This document shows positions 47,267 through 57,329 of a stretch of DNA of 61,199 nt, piece after piece. The first letter of the stretch is position 1, and the number at the start of each line of letters is the position of its first letter. Position numbers and translations under genes: made by a program. The DNA lies in IMG/VR virus record IMGVR_UViG_3300025141_000092, positions 1 to 61,199 of that record. One strand, 5' to 3'. This stretch comes from a virus. Its lineage: Duplodnaviria > Caudoviricetes. The notes beneath the pieces are model-generated. The model was not told the origin of the DNA and did not search any database. It saw only the letters and a program-made list of their open reading frames with translations.

Positions 47267-48792
47267 TATTTTAATCTTTTAACCGTCATTGTCGAACCTG
47301 TGATAGCGTTTACTGTTGCCGCTCCTGTAGCTTCATATGTAATATTAGTGTTCGAGTCCGCAGTCATAGTGAAAACCGCTCTAATTGTATGTTCCAATGG
47401 ATCGACAGTGCCATGAACTCTAGGGGACCCTACCAAAACATCAGATCCATTTCTCTTAACTGAAAGGTCAACTAGAGAGGATCCCCCCTCTAAAATAACA
47501 ACCCCAACAACTTCATAGGTTCCCGCTGCTGCGCAAACAAAGTATTTGTTAGTATCATCCCAAGTAATATCATCTGTGTTAGAAATAATGGAAGTTGGAG
47601 TATTGGAATAGGCTAAATTCTTTTCGTCGGATGAGGCAACATCATCTGAATCTAATTGAATATATCCAAAGGGATTAGGAATAGGACACGCAGTAGGTTC
47701 CCCTACTTCTAAGGCATACGCACTAACCGTAATATTCCCAACACCTAGAGCCACTGATGTAGCATTGGAGGTAAAAGTACCTGTCTCAATAGACTTAGCC
47801 TCTATCCCACTAGCTATAAGATTACTCTTTCCGCCACTCGTTAAATTAAACGATAAATTATTATCCCCACCAGGAATAGTGATATTTGCACCGTCTCTGA
47901 TGAGCGCAGGTAACCTCCACGCAATCTTTTCTGCTCCGTGATCAAAAGAAGGAACAGAATAATTCAAAGTACTATCTCCTGTAGAACTTATAGCAATAGC
48001 AGAGAAGCTTCCTCCTCCATTAAGTTGCATTGAGCCAGAAAGAGCCCCATAGCCGTGTGTAACGCCGCTTGCGGCTGTGGTCGCAGCGTAGTCCCAATCG
48101 GCCTCCTTAGCGTCTACCGTACTCTTTGTTGAGTTCCACGCAGCCGAAGTAGAGAAAACTCTATACCATGCTCCCATCCACCCAGCACCTCCATAAGGAT
48201 CGAAACCAGACCACGATGCTACGGAATCATGTGCCGCTCCATATTCGTCAGCACTAGCTGTAGATCCTATATTAGCTGATACAGGGCTAAGGTTATTAAT
48301 TACACCTCCAACTAAAGTAGTATTAGTAGCAATATTTCCTGATACACCCCCAACTACTGCTACGTTATCAGCGTTATCGCTGATATTAGCTGCGTTAGTA
48401 GTAATGTTACCTGTATTAGTAGCGATATTAGCTGATACAGGCCCAACATTATCAATTACGCCTGTTATCTTTTGCCATGTTCCTGAATAAGCCTGAACAG
48501 TATCGTGCGCTGCTCCATACTCGTCAGCACTTGCGCCTCCACCCCAGCCACCCGAGTTATTATAAACCGTCGAGGAAGTACTCATTACAGACGCAACTAC
48601 TCCAGCACTTACTGAATGAGTTCCCCACGAACCTGAGTTATCAAAAACGGTTTCCCTTAAGAGGAGAGTTTGTGGATCAAGATTCGTTGGATCCATAAAC
48701 TCAGAAGAGCCTGTGTCAATTGCAGCAAATTCTGTGGGATTATTCTCACTGTCTAATATAAAATAGACAATGTTTGTCTTATTATTTCCCAT
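47266..48792 (-). CDS. Fibre protein with coiled-coil repeats and a C1q-like C-terminal domain
   Basis: NIATNT-type heptads, duplicated ASADEYGAAHD, and a C-terminal WDDTNKYFVCAAAGTYEV motif. Confidence 0.6.
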   Translation of the reverse strand: MGNNKTNIVYFILDSENNPTEFAAIDTGSSEFMDPTNLDPQTLLLRETVFDNSGSWGTHSVSAGVVASVMSTSSTVYNNSGGWGGGASADEYGAAHDTVQAYSGTWQKITGVIDNVGPVSANIATNTGNITTNAANISDNADNVAVVGGVSGNIATNTTLVGGVINNLSPVSANIGSTASADEYGAAHDSVASWSGFDPYGGAGWMGAWYRVFSTSAAWNSTKSTVDAKEADWDYAATTAASGVTHGYGALSGSMQLNGGGSFSAIAISSTGDSTLNYSVPSFDHGAEKIAWRLPALIRDGANITIPGGDNNLSFNLTSGGKSNLIASGIEAKSIETGTFTSNATSVALGVGNITVSAYALEVGEPTACPIPNPFGYIQLDSDDVASSDEKNLAYSNTPTSIISNTDDITWDDTNKYFVCAAAGTYEVVGVVILEGGSSLVDLSVKRNGSDVLVGSPRVHGTVDPLEHTIRAVFTMTADSNTNITYEATGAATVNAITGSTMTVKRLK

Positions 48793-48803
48793 CTAGATTG
48801 TTC

Positions 48804-50441
48804 CTACTCTTCTTCTTCTTCTTCAGTTTTTTTAGGGGAGTTTCCACTTAATTCTTGTGTAATATCTGCAACCATGTTCTCCAGAGAAGCAATATCCGTA
48901 ATTACATCGTTCTGAGTCATAGCTGAAGGCTCTTCTTTGGAGCCTGGAGCGTCCTCCGCAGCAGTCTCCTCAGGCTGCTCTAGAGGTCCTGATGATGCAG
49001 CCGCTTTGTCTTGTACAGGCGACTTAGGCTCTTCAGAAGCTGTATCTTCTTTCTCGGATTTAGCAAGTTTCTTCTGATCAACATTCTCATCAGACGAGTA
49101 CTCTGGCTCCTCATTATTTTTTACTTGATCTTTTAACGAGTCCATAGTCTTTTTCATATCTCCTAAGTCCTTGGAAACTCTTTTAAAATCAACTTTAGAG
49201 TAACGACCTAAGGTTTTTGTAGCTTCTAAAAGCTCACTATAAGAAGCTTCCGTAAAGAGTTGCTGTAAGTACTCATTAACATCGATACTCTCAACCCCTC
49301 CTTTATTTTTCATAGAAGTGGCTACTTCAGAGAGAACTTGTTTTAAAATACTTCGTTTAGGAGTAAGCCGTGATAAAGCTTCAAAAATAACAACTTGAGT
49401 ATTCACTAAACTTTTAAAGCTAGGAACTTCTTGAAGATTTTGAATATTTACTCCATACTTCTCATTAATGCTTTGAATAAAGTTATCTTTTACTTCTTTT
49501 TTATATTCAAAGATTTTTGCTGAAAACTGTTGAACGTCCTTTTCCGACACCCCTAGACCATCCGCATCTCCTAAACAGTTAGAAAATGTTTCAAATAAAG
49601 ATTTTTTAGAAGCAATTGCAATGTATGGAACTTCCTGAAAAACTTCACACATAGTTTCTACAATTTTTTCATCACTTTCAAAAATCATACTTGCAAGTTT
49701 TTTAACTGAAGAATTAGAAGCCCATACAAGATTAAATTCTTGCTTAGATTCTAATAATTCTCGTTTAACCAGTTCTTGACGGCAAATCATCTCATAGATT
49801 GACTCACTAACTCCGTCTTTAAGAATATAACTCTTTTTTTCCTCTAACTCTTCGTGAGTTAGTGCTGGGAAATCGAAGGCTTCGGCGACAGTGTTTGATA
49901 AGGTAATCCCGTTTCTAATTTCAGGTACTGTAATAATCTCATCTCTGTTTTCTTTCAGAAAATCTACAAGTTGAGGAGTAATTTCAAGTAAGCGAGCAAA
50001 TTCAGGAGCAGAAGTAATGCTAGTATTTTCTGATAATTTTTGAGATTTATTATGTAATTTAACTTGAAGATTATCTAATTTAATACGATTCTCCCACAAA
50101 GAGAGAAGGTCACTAAATGCCGTCTCCGCAGAGTTAAACTCTGTATAGTGAACATTTTCAATCAATGTATGTATTTTTTCATTTACATACTGATCGTATA
50201 ACGTCTCATCCTCAAAAATAGAAGAGTCTTGGACTTTAATCTCTTCAAAGACTACATCTTTTCCGATATTATATCTCCCTGTTATAACTTTATCACTTTC
50301 AGTAAGATAGCTTACTTCTTCGTTTGCTCCATCTAAGGAAAACAAAGTTACATTCTCTCTGAGGGATCTACCTAAGCAGTCCCCTAACTTAACCAAAATT
50401 GAAATCTTTTTATCTCTTTCTTCAAAAATATTCGAAAACAT
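48804..50441 (-). CDS. Acidic hypothetical protein downstream of portal (prohead core candidate)
   Basis: GGAG RBS, late-promoter-like motif, acidic tail. Confidence 0.6.
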   Translation of the reverse strand: MFSNIFEERDKKISILVKLGDCLGRSLRENVTLFSLDGANEEVSYLTESDKVITGRYNIGKDVVFEEIKVQDSSIFEDETLYDQYVNEKIHTLIENVHYTEFNSAETAFSDLLSLWENRIKLDNLQVKLHNKSQKLSENTSITSAPEFARLLEITPQLVDFLKENRDEIITVPEIRNGITLSNTVAEAFDFPALTHEELEEKKSYILKDGVSESIYEMICRQELVKRELLESKQEFNLVWASNSSVKKLASMIFESDEKIVETMCEVFQEVPYIAIASKKSLFETFSNCLGDADGLGVSEKDVQQFSAKIFEYKKEVKDNFIQSINEKYGVNIQNLQEVPSFKSLVNTQVVIFEALSRLTPKRSILKQVLSEVATSMKNKGGVESIDVNEYLQQLFTEASYSELLEATKTLGRYSKVDFKRVSKDLGDMKKTMDSLKDQVKNNEEPEYSSDENVDQKKLAKSEKEDTASEEPKSPVQDKAAASSGPLEQPEETAAEDAPGSKEEPSAMTQNDVITDIASLENMVADITQELSGNSPKKTEEEEEE

Positions 50442-50484
50442 AATAATCTCCCCAAAAAATGGGCTACTGTTTTATATAGATAAG

Positions 50485-52257
50485 CTATTTATTTATTTTT
50501 TCTAAATTACTTCTCTGTTTTTCAAGGATTCTATATAGGATCGCTTCTTTTTTTTCATTTAGAGTTTTTTTACCAATAAGCGACTCTATTCCTTGTGTTC
50601 GTTCTTCTGCCGTAGTAGTTGTTGGGGGTTGATTTTCCGCAGGCTCTTGTCCTCCTGCCTCTCCGTACCCTGGCCCAGCCATCTGTGCCGCTCCGACATC
50701 AGCCGATTGTTGATCTTGTTCTTCTTTCGTTTGTTGTTCCATTTCGTCTTTCATTCGTTCAATTTCTTCGTCTGTCATATCATAGTACTCTCTGTAGATC
50801 TCATCTTTAGAGAAAAGTCCTAGTTGCTGTACTGCTGCTATAACTCTAGTTTTTTGTTCGTCTAAATCGAGCTTTCTCTTTGCAGACATATCAGAAGGCT
50901 CGGGTAGTCTAATCCTTAGTTCTCTAATCAATAAAGCAGGAAATCCCTTTAATTGAAGATGGCGTTTAGCTATATTTTCTAATCCAACTTGTATATTTAC
51001 TTGAACTCTTTGAATTGTTCTTGCAAACTTAACATCAAGTTGAGAGAGGTTAGCCTTGCGCTCAGGAGAAGAGTCCTTCTCTACAATATAATCTTTAGGA
51101 ACCTTTAACGCCGCAAGAAGCTTATCACGATAATACCGCACATCTTCAATCTCACCTAAGTTTTGAGCACCAGGGAGCGTGTCAATCTTTGTCCCTGCTC
51201 CGTTCCTAGTAGGAACAAAGAAATCCTCGTCCATAGATAAGGGGTTATATCTTGCATCTATAGTACCTTGTCCTGAGTTATAAAATTTTTCTTTCTTAAA
51301 TTTCTGCTTAATGCGCTCAATAAACATCTCAGCTTTGCTTGTAGGAAGATTACCTGTATCTACATAAAAAATCCGTCTTTCGGGGGCTCTAGAAAGACGG
51401 TAAATCATCATAGCATCTTCCATCATTTTTAACGATCTAAAAACTCTATGACATAAAGCGGCAATCGATTTGCCGTATGGATAGAATACAGGATCTGAAG
51501 TATGAAGACGGAAATGAGCAATTTGATTTTTGTCTAAGCGAATATACTTAATAGGCTCTTCTGTATTATAAGTAGATTTATAATTAAATGTTTCATTATT
51601 GGGAACTTCTTGAAGAAAGTTTTTTAAGTAACCAAACTCATTTTCTACTCTCAAAACAAAGCTAGGATTAAGAATTTTAATTTTCCTAATACCCTGTTGT
51701 GGTTCATTTACATCTAAAATAAGCTCTGTAAAACAATCCCCATATTTCACAGTATTTCTTACGATATCCCATAAAAAAGTGTCTAATCTAATTTTATCAA
51801 ATAAAGCATTTATCTCATCTACTACCATCGAATTTTCAGAATTAATAGTCCATCTTTCATTTCTTGGACCTCTTTGAGTAGCGTCATCAGCATAAATATC
51901 AAAAGCTGCTCCAATTTCGGGATACTCATCCATCTCCTCATACTCTTTGTACCGTCTCTTACGGTTCATCTCCATTTGAGGAAGAACAGGATTTCTAGCT
52001 ACTCCTCCTACAGCAGGATGAGAAGGATCATTATCTTTTATTACATCTGTACTGGTAATAGTGTCCCCACCAAGAGAGGCACCACCTTGGTCCATTAATT
52101 TAAGGGCTTTTGCCTGCGCTGTTGATGCAAAGAATTTAGCAAAGAACTTCCCTAAAGGACCTGTAGGAGTGAAAAATGAGCCTCCTCGCGCTGCGGTTCC
52201 ACCAAACTCAGTATAACCTTCTTCTAATAATTCTTCTTTTTTTATTTCATCAGCCAT
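50485..52257 (-). CDS. gp20: Portal protein (gp20-like)
   Basis: MMEDAMMIYRLSRAPERRIFYVDTGNLP, EDFFVP, IDTLPGAQNLGEIEDVRYY and ALKVP motifs. Confidence 0.97.
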   Translation of the reverse strand: MADEIKKEELLEEGYTEFGGTAARGGSFFTPTGPLGKFFAKFFASTAQAKALKLMDQGGASLGGDTITSTDVIKDNDPSHPAVGGVARNPVLPQMEMNRKRRYKEYEEMDEYPEIGAAFDIYADDATQRGPRNERWTINSENSMVVDEINALFDKIRLDTFLWDIVRNTVKYGDCFTELILDVNEPQQGIRKIKILNPSFVLRVENEFGYLKNFLQEVPNNETFNYKSTYNTEEPIKYIRLDKNQIAHFRLHTSDPVFYPYGKSIAALCHRVFRSLKMMEDAMMIYRLSRAPERRIFYVDTGNLPTSKAEMFIERIKQKFKKEKFYNSGQGTIDARYNPLSMDEDFFVPTRNGAGTKIDTLPGAQNLGEIEDVRYYRDKLLAALKVPKDYIVEKDSSPERKANLSQLDVKFARTIQRVQVNIQVGLENIAKRHLQLKGFPALLIRELRIRLPEPSDMSAKRKLDLDEQKTRVIAAVQQLGLFSKDEIYREYYDMTDEEIERMKDEMEQQTKEEQDQQSADVGAAQMAGPGYGEAGGQEPAENQPPTTTTAEERTQGIESLIGKKTLNEKKEAILYRILEKQRSNLEKINK

Positions 52258-53786
52258 CGTAAATCTTCTACTTCTATTTGTCCATTTGAACCTCTATATG
52301 CATATTTCGTTTGCTTGGAAGGCATAGGTAATCCATCTTTGTGTGGAATTTTTGAGATATGCTCAAGAGGTGTAGTTTCTAATAAATTTCTATATAAATA
52401 TATAGCTAAGGCTAAACTCATAACCAAATCATCATGCTTTCCTCTTTCTGCCGTGGGCTTTCCTCCCTCATTAATAATAAAGGTTAAAAGCTCATCTGCT
52501 GTTCTTCCTGAGTTAATTTTAATTTGATTAGTTCGTATAGACTCTTCTAAAGTTGCTAGTAGTTGTTCTCGGTTTTGTGCTGTAACCTGAAATCCAAATA
52601 ACCCCCGATCATCAGCCCATATGTTTTCGTATTCTAAGTTCGTGTATAACCAATCAATCAGGTTATTTCCAATAGTATTTCGCTCACAAATTACGTGCGC
52701 TATATTATATAGCATCGCTTCAGTGCCTATAATTTCCGCAAACGTATTAATAGGAGTTTTATTTGAATAAAACTCAGCTACCTGTTGACCATTATAGGCG
52801 TTAATAATATGAAACGCTGAATAATCTCTGTCTCGACCTAACGCGACATCGCAAGCTAAAACATAAGTATAGTAAGGTTTTGGGTCTTGCCAAACCCTCA
52901 TTCGATTATTATATTTGGAGTAATAATCTTCACTTACATTTTCTACTACATCTTTTAAAATTTCTCCATCGATATAAGTATCCCCTGTACCTAAAAACGA
53001 GCACTCATACTCCTGGAGCCATTGTTTAACAGGCATGTTTGCTCGCGTAGTCTTTTCCCAAGCGTCCACGTTCAACCCCTTTTCTTCCATCTCTTTATAA
53101 AGTTCAGAGAAGCCTTCTTGTTTCTTATACTCTGGGTGATCGATCCATTCTATGTCAATCGCATTAAAAGAATTTTTATTTTCTAAAGCTTTGGTGTATA
53201 CATCATGATACCAATTACCAATACCGTTAACTGTAGAAAGTACAAATGCGCGACCACCCGTGGAGATAATTGGATAAACTGCAGCCCAGATAGTGTCAAT
53301 ATTTTCAATAAATGCAGCTTCGTCAATAATCAGCAACGATCCCGCAAGAGATCGACCTGACTGCTTTCCAGAAGGTCTGGATTTAATTATTGACCCAGTA
53401 TTCAGTTTTAACGTGTGCTTGTTATCTTCAGCTATTCCAGGTTTAAAAACTTTCGGTAGCTCATCATACATAAGTTTAATTCTATCTAACACCTCAGTAG
53501 CTTCTGTATCTCCTTTAGAGAGAATAACAACTTGCTTGTGTTTCTGGAAAATAATCATCCACAATGCGTAACTAGCTGCAATTGTGGTACACCCAGCCTG
53601 CCTAAATTTTCGAAGAATATTGAATCTATTAGTCTCTAGTGCATTTAGAATTGAGTGCTGGAAGGGGTACAGCTTAAAAGGTACTAATCCCCGAATAGGA
53701 TGGACCACCTTGATATAATTAGATATGAAGTAGATTGGGTCCTCTTTACATCTCTTAAATTCTTCGATTAATTCTTGTTTTTCCAT
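52242..53786 (-). CDS. gp17: Terminase large subunit (gp17-like)
   Basis: CKEDPIYF, PFKLYPFQ, KFRQAGCTT, IIDEAAF, STVNG, QEYECSF, CDVALG and HDDLVMS motifs; start moved to MEKQE (53786). Confidence 0.95.
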   Translation of the reverse strand: MEKQELIEEFKRCKEDPIYFISNYIKVVHPIRGLVPFKLYPFQHSILNALETNRFNILRKFRQAGCTTIAASYALWMIIFQKHKQVVILSKGDTEATEVLDRIKLMYDELPKVFKPGIAEDNKHTLKLNTGSIIKSRPSGKQSGRSLAGSLLIIDEAAFIENIDTIWAAVYPIISTGGRAFVLSTVNGIGNWYHDVYTKALENKNSFNAIDIEWIDHPEYKKQEGFSELYKEMEEKGLNVDAWEKTTRANMPVKQWLQEYECSFLGTGDTYIDGEILKDVVENVSEDYYSKYNNRMRVWQDPKPYYTYVLACDVALGRDRDYSAFHIINAYNGQQVAEFYSNKTPINTFAEIIGTEAMLYNIAHVICERNTIGNNLIDWLYTNLEYENIWADDRGLFGFQVTAQNREQLLATLEESIRTNQIKINSGRTADELLTFIINEGGKPTAERGKHDDLVMSLALAIYLYRNLLETTPLEHISKIPHKDGLPMPSKQTKYAYRGSNGQIEVEDLRWLMK

Positions 53787-53818
53787 AAAATTTACTGTCT
53801 TACTATTATAATTATAGT

Positions 53819-54511
53819 ATGAACATCTATGCATATATATGTACTCGATCAATAGAGGATATGACGGAGACTACAGATAAATTACTCTCTTATTTTGCCA
53901 AATGTGAAATTCAGTCATTCCTTCTTCCTAAAGCTTCCTCCATCTTTATCGCTTACCAACATGCATACTTAACTACTGCTCCTAAAGAAGACGATATCAT
54001 CATCATGTGTCATGACGATATAGAAATTAGAGAAAAACCAGAAATCTTTAAATCAAAATTGATTAAGTTATTATCCGAAGATAAAATTGGTTTTGTAGGC
54101 CCCGCAGGAACGTCACTTTTAGGTAGAGACGCTGTTTGGTGGAACCAGCAGCACTGGGCGATGAAGAAGCACCACGGACGAGTCTACCACTTAGACCCAC
54201 AGGGAAAAGAATACGAAACTTATTATGGAAAACCTAGCGAAGTTGTTGTTTTAGATGGATTATTTTTAGCAACAACAGGAAAAGTTATAGAATCTGTAAG
54301 TCTTACAAAGCCCCCCTACTTTTCAGGGGAATGGGACTTCTATGATCTCCACTATACCTCTTCTGCCTTCTTACAAGGCTATAAAAATAAAATAATTGAT
54401 ATAAATATATTACATAACTCCAGAGGAGAACTTGTTGGCCGAGATTCGTGGCATAAAAATCGAGATTCCTTCATAAGACATACAAAACTTCCTTTAAGTG
54501 TTGAAAAATGA
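53819..54511 (+). CDS. Glycosyltransferase family 2-like protein
   Basis: MCHDDIEI (DxD-type), IGFVGPAG, VVVLDGLFLAT and WDFYDL motifs. Confidence 0.8.
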   Translation: MNIYAYICTRSIEDMTETTDKLLSYFAKCEIQSFLLPKASSIFIAYQHAYLTTAPKEDDIIIMCHDDIEIREKPEIFKSKLIKLLSEDKIGFVGPAGTSLLGRDAVWWNQQHWAMKKHHGRVYHLDPQGKEYETYYGKPSEVVVLDGLFLATTGKVIESVSLTKPPYFSGEWDFYDLHYTSSAFLQGYKNKIIDINILHNSRGELVGRDSWHKNRDSFIRHTKLPLSVEK

Positions 54512-55089
54512 GTAAATTCCTTTGGCCTCATCCTACAAATGCGGAATTTAATGAAAAAATCCGCTCTATCGTTAAATTATATGGGAGTGCTCCTCCTAGA
54601 GATAAAGAACTTCTTCAAAAAGCTAAGGATTTTTTGTCTGGATGTGTTAAAAACCTGCTAACTCACAAAGTAAAACGAGATACAGAAAAATATTTTCAAT
54701 TAATGAACCTAGAAATGGAGCACTGTTACGAAAAAAATATTTCAGAACGAAATCAGGCGATTTATAAATCAAGTGTGCTATTTTTTACAGGCGATTGGAG
54801 GGAACACCCAGACTGCATGGAGGATTACAAGTACGCAGCGTTGCTAGAGAAGCCAAAACTTGAAATAATACATAAATCAAATCTCCCGCTTAAGAATATT
54901 ATTCGGTTTTTAGAACCAATTAGACCTATAGAAGACACTTCCTGGGACGCTAGAAAAACTTCTGATATTCTAGTCTACGAAAATTCAGACGGAGAATATG
55001 AAGTAATAGATGGCAACCATCGAGTAGAGTTTGCTCAACGCCTAAAATCAGTTGAAACACTTAGCGGATGGATAATTAAAGATATTTAA
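54508..55089 (+). CDS. Protein with a C-terminal ParB/Srx-like domain
   Basis: ILVYE...YEVIDGNHRV motif; ATGA-coupled to the glycosyltransferase. Confidence 0.6.
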   Translation: MSKFLWPHPTNAEFNEKIRSIVKLYGSAPPRDKELLQKAKDFLSGCVKNLLTHKVKRDTEKYFQLMNLEMEHCYEKNISERNQAIYKSSVLFFTGDWREHPDCMEDYKYAALLEKPKLEIIHKSNLPLKNIIRFLEPIRPIEDTSWDARKTSDILVYENSDGEYEVIDGNHRVEFAQRLKSVETLSGWIIKDI

Positions 55090-55268
55090 TCTTTTTTAGC
55101 CGCTTTCTTCGTAGTCTTTTTCTTCTTCTTTGGAGCAGCCTTTACTTCTTCCACAACAGGAACACTTCGCTTCAATTTTCCAAGTTTAGCTTCTATAACT
55201 CTTTTATGACCACCTCTCGCATTGGTAAGCCTGTTCTCTAATTTTTTTATTCTAGCACTAATATCCAT
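55086..55268 (-). CDS. Small basic protein
   Basis: AGGAG RBS; Lys-rich C-terminus. Confidence 0.6.
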   Translation of the reverse strand: MDISARIKKLENRLTNARGGHKRVIEAKLGKLKRSVPVVEEVKAAPKKKKKTTKKAAKKD

Positions 55269-55405
55269 GTTTATCTCCTAAAGTTTTTACCATGTATTCT
55301 TTTTGATTCTTCTATAAACAACCTCTTAATAAGTTTACGTTTTATAGAAAGCTTCTCACAGTATCTAGGGTCTTTGTTTCGAAATCCGTTCTGTTTTTTC
55401 AAATC

Positions 55406-56083
55406 TTAAGGTTTAAGAGGTCTAGTTGGCCTTGGCGTCCCAGGGGGCCTCGTTGGAGGTGGCTTTCTTAGCGGTCGCGTAGGTACGGTAATCCTATCCC
55501 CAACTCCTCCTCTAGGGGTAGTTGGAAGAGGGGTTGGAATTCTATCTTCTTGTACAGGCTTCGCTGATCTAGTGGGAATTATTGGTCTACGTTCAATTAT
55601 TCTAGTAGAAGGCTCCTGACATACACGAACACAATCAGCTAAAGTATTATAAATCCCATTAGGGTCTTTTGTACATACTAAGTCCCGTACATTGCAGGCC
55701 CATTTCTGTATAGAACCATGGCCTTGGGGAGTGGTTGGGGGAGCAAACGCAGGAAAATCATTAGACCCCATATCTTCGGGGACAGGCCGAGGGGTGGTCC
55801 CCGTTGGTTGCGGACTCCCGCACCTCGCGTTGCAGGCCCTAAGATCCTTATACGTCGCACCATCCGCCACTTTTACACATTCATAGTAAGTTAGATCAAC
55901 TCCCGACTGCCTGCAAATATACCCAGGGGTGCGCGGTGGAGGCGGCGGAGGCTCAATACAAACCCTCTCACAACCTTCTTTAGTGTTATGAACGCCACCC
56001 ACTCCGTCCGCAGGCACACAGGCCCAGGTGCTCTCATCGCACCACCAACCGTGATTCCCAGGCCACTCAGCACTATGACTCAT
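55406..56083 (-). CDS. Free-standing protein with three four-Cys modules and a Pro/Thr/Arg tail
   Basis: WWC...C...CERVC, YIC...C...CNARC and WAC...C...CVRVC; same module as in 8026-15531. Confidence 0.75.
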   Translation of the reverse strand: MSHSAEWPGNHGWWCDESTWACVPADGVGGVHNTKEGCERVCIEPPPPPPRTPGYICRQSGVDLTYYECVKVADGATYKDLRACNARCGSPQPTGTTPRPVPEDMGSNDFPAFAPPTTPQGHGSIQKWACNVRDLVCTKDPNGIYNTLADCVRVCQEPSTRIIERRPIIPTRSAKPVQEDRIPTPLPTTPRGGVGDRITVPTRPLRKPPPTRPPGTPRPTRPLKP

Positions 56084-56649
56084 CCTGTCCTTGGAGGGAT
56101 TGTAGGCCTGGGAGAGTCCCTCCTCTCATAGTCAGATTGACAGTTTTCTTGACATTCAGCTAAAGTACTGTATACTCCACTAGGAGGTATAGCGCCATAG
56201 TTCACGAACACTTTTTTACATGTTCGGAACTTGCCGATGAATCCTCCTGTCACAGGGGACTCCTTACAGACCCAATATTCCCTAGCTGCGCCACCTGTGA
56301 TAGGAGATGTTGGTGGAAGACAAAAGCTCTCGCATGCATCTTTAGTGTCATATTGACTTTCGTTAGGTCCAAAGAGTTCTGCTGGTTGTGCTATGCATCC
56401 CCATACACCCTGCGTATTTACACAACGCCACTTATCTCCCCTCCTTGGCAATCTGATTTGGTTTTCACAAAACGTCTGGCATTCACTCAAAGTCGCATGA
56501 CCGTCAAATCGAGACCCGTACTTCCCAACACAACGTCTCTCCAGAACGTTTGACTGCGCGTTGAAGCCCCAGTCCACGCAGTGATACCTAAACGCGCCAC
56601 CTAAGCCTTGCCCCCCTGGCCCTTGAGGAAATTGAGGAAATTGAGCCAT
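56080..56649 (-). CDS. Free-standing protein with three four-Cys modules
   Basis: WRCVNTQGVWGC...FGPNESQYDTKDACESFC is close to modules 1-3 of the giant protein. Confidence 0.75.
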   Translation of the reverse strand: MAQFPQFPQGPGGQGLGGAFRYHCVDWGFNAQSNVLERRCVGKYGSRFDGHATLSECQTFCENQIRLPRRGDKWRCVNTQGVWGCIAQPAELFGPNESQYDTKDACESFCLPPTSPITGGAAREYWVCKESPVTGGFIGKFRTCKKVFVNYGAIPPSGVYSTLAECQENCQSDYERRDSPRPTIPPRTG

Positions 56650-56654
56650 ACGAA

Positions 56655-56849
56655 TTAACCTTTGATTGCGCTTTCAGCCGTAACAGATTTTTCTACTTGT
56701 GGTATAAGACTTTTTATTCCTAAAGTAGCTCCGCATCCTATTCCAAAAATCATACTACCTAAAATAAGTAATTCAGCAAAACTCATTTTATAAACACTAA
56801 ACGGTGTTCTATATTTATCTTTAAACCAAAAACCCCAAAACCAATTCAT
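56655..56849 (-). CDS. Small membrane protein
   Basis: One hydrophobic segment; ATGA-coupled. Confidence 0.55.
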   Translation of the reverse strand: MNWFWGFWFKDKYRTPFSVYKMSFAELLILGSMIFGIGCGATLGIKSLIPQVEKSVTAESAIKG

Positions 56850-57232
56850 TTCAATAATCCTCTCTTTTTAGCTTCGTCATGAAGCGCTTCTTCCTTAGCG
56901 TCTCCATTCTCTACGATTCCTTTAAGAATGGTCGATAAATTCGTTACAACAAGCGTAATTAACCCTGCGACAACTGCAATACTCGTTTCAGGCACAAATT
57001 GTATTGAAAAAATGAACATGCAAACAAGGAAAGTTAGGTAAAAACCTGCGAACTTTGCTAAGTGTTTTGATGCAGTTTCTTTTGCACTCTCTTTAATAAG
57101 AAGTTCTCTGAATTTTGCATCAGATTCAGCATTCATTTTCTCTACCTCGACGCGCCCCTCAGCTTCCTTAAGCTTTAAAGCTGAATTAACGTCTATATAA
57201 CCTTTATCATTAATCATTGGTTTATCACCCAT
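56846..57232 (-). CDS. Two-TM membrane protein (holin-like topology, unproven)
   Basis: Two hydrophobic helices, charged termini, AAGGA RBS. Confidence 0.55.
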   Translation of the reverse strand: MGDKPMINDKGYIDVNSALKLKEAEGRVEVEKMNAESDAKFRELLIKESAKETASKHLAKFAGFYLTFLVCMFIFSIQFVPETSIAVVAGLITLVVTNLSTILKGIVENGDAKEEALHDEAKKRGLLK

Positions 57233-57329
57233 GGTGTAATCCTTTTATTCCACACGCCTCATATTTATATAGTGCCCCGTAGGGGCTCCCAAATTTTTTT
57301 TTAGCCATAGGAGCTTTTCATCCCAGCGC

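Noticed and set aside
53787-53852. N-terminal extension of terminase overlapping the glycosyltransferase
   Set aside because: gp17-like sequence starts at MEKQE; the extension spans the divergent promoter region
55271-55402. 43-aa basic minus-strand ORF starting with TTG
   Set aside because: Weak start, no clear RBS, and it overlaps a late-promoter-like motif; cannot be supported
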